NCBI RefSeq assembly: GCF_001194135.2
Contig: NC_068984.1
Coordinates: 60,617,311 to 60,681,310, forward strand
Length of the DNA: 64,000 nt
Origin: Octopus bimaculoides
Lineage: Eukaryota
Reading direction: 5' to 3'
A model generated the notes under the pieces. The model did no database searches, was not told where the DNA came from, and saw only the letters and a list, made by a program, of their open reading frames with translations. The position numbers and the translations under genes were made by a program. The stretch's first letter is position 1. Every line of letters starts with the position of its first letter. Shown here piece after piece: positions 63,262-64,000 of this stretch.

Positions 63262-64000
63262 TATATAAATAATCCCCTGTTTCTCTAATATTGAGGTCTC
63301 ATTCTTTTGTTGTCACTTTTTATTATTATTATTATTATTGTTCTTCTTCTTATTATAATATATATATGAAAGTGCATATATATGGTTGTTTATCGACAGA
63401 CACACAGTACATGAATATANNNNNNNNNNNNNNNNNNNNNNNNNNNNNNNNNNNNNNNNNNNNNNNNNNNNNNNNNNNNNNNNNNNNNNNNNNNNNNNNN
63501 NNNNNNNNNNNNNNNNNNNNNNNNNNNNNNNNNNNNNNNNNNNNNNNNNNNNNNNNNNNNNNNNNNNNNNNNNNNNNNNNNNNNNNNNNNNNNNNNNNNN
63601 NNNNNNNNNNNNNNNNNNNNNNNNNNNNNNNNNNNNNNNNNNNNNNNNNNNNNNNNNNNNNNNNNNNNNNNNNNNNNNNNNNNNNNNNNNNNNNNNNNNN
63701 NNNNNNNNNNNNNNNNNNNNNNNNNNNNNNNNNNNNNNNNNNNNNNNNNNNNNNNNNNNNNNNNNNNNNNNNNNNNNNNNNNNNNNNNNNNNNNNNNNNN
63801 NNNNNNNNNNNNNNNNNNNNNNNNNNNNNNNNNNNNNNNNTATATATATAGGAACATACATAACTAGCTGTATAATTATAGATATACATATATGTGCATA
63901 AATGCATGTGAGTGAATGTGTGTCTGCTTACATATTTACATCTCTGTGTATGTACACTAAAAAATACGTTACAAACTTCTTGGTGAGTTGTACAATGTCC

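Overview
Eukaryotic, AT-rich, microsatellite-saturated draft-assembly DNA with 10 N-gaps. The SINE/LINE repertoire looks like a coleoid cephalopod, most likely Octopus (inferred from remembered repeat families, not from a database hit). I find no intact protein-coding gene, tRNA/rRNA gene or CRISPR array, and nearly all ORFs in the supplied track are microsatellite or N-run artefacts. The window reads as intronic/intergenic transposon debris: restriction-like-endonuclease LINEs (R4/Dong-type, with (TAA)n tails), two RTE-clade LINE families (one with a PHD-like zinc finger inside its RT), four or five tRNA-derived SINE families, a decayed DD37D/maT-type Tc1/mariner transposase, and hAT, piggyBac, pogo and Tc1/mariner-type MITEs. 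It also holds several long near-perfect hairpins and a few low-confidence exon-like cassettes that could belong to a host gene. Repeat boundaries are approximate (about +/-20 bp) unless TIRs or TSDs are quoted. I see no convincing new multi-gene system. The best leads are the PHD-in-RT LINE, the long hairpins/palindrome and the (TAA)n-targeting retroelements.
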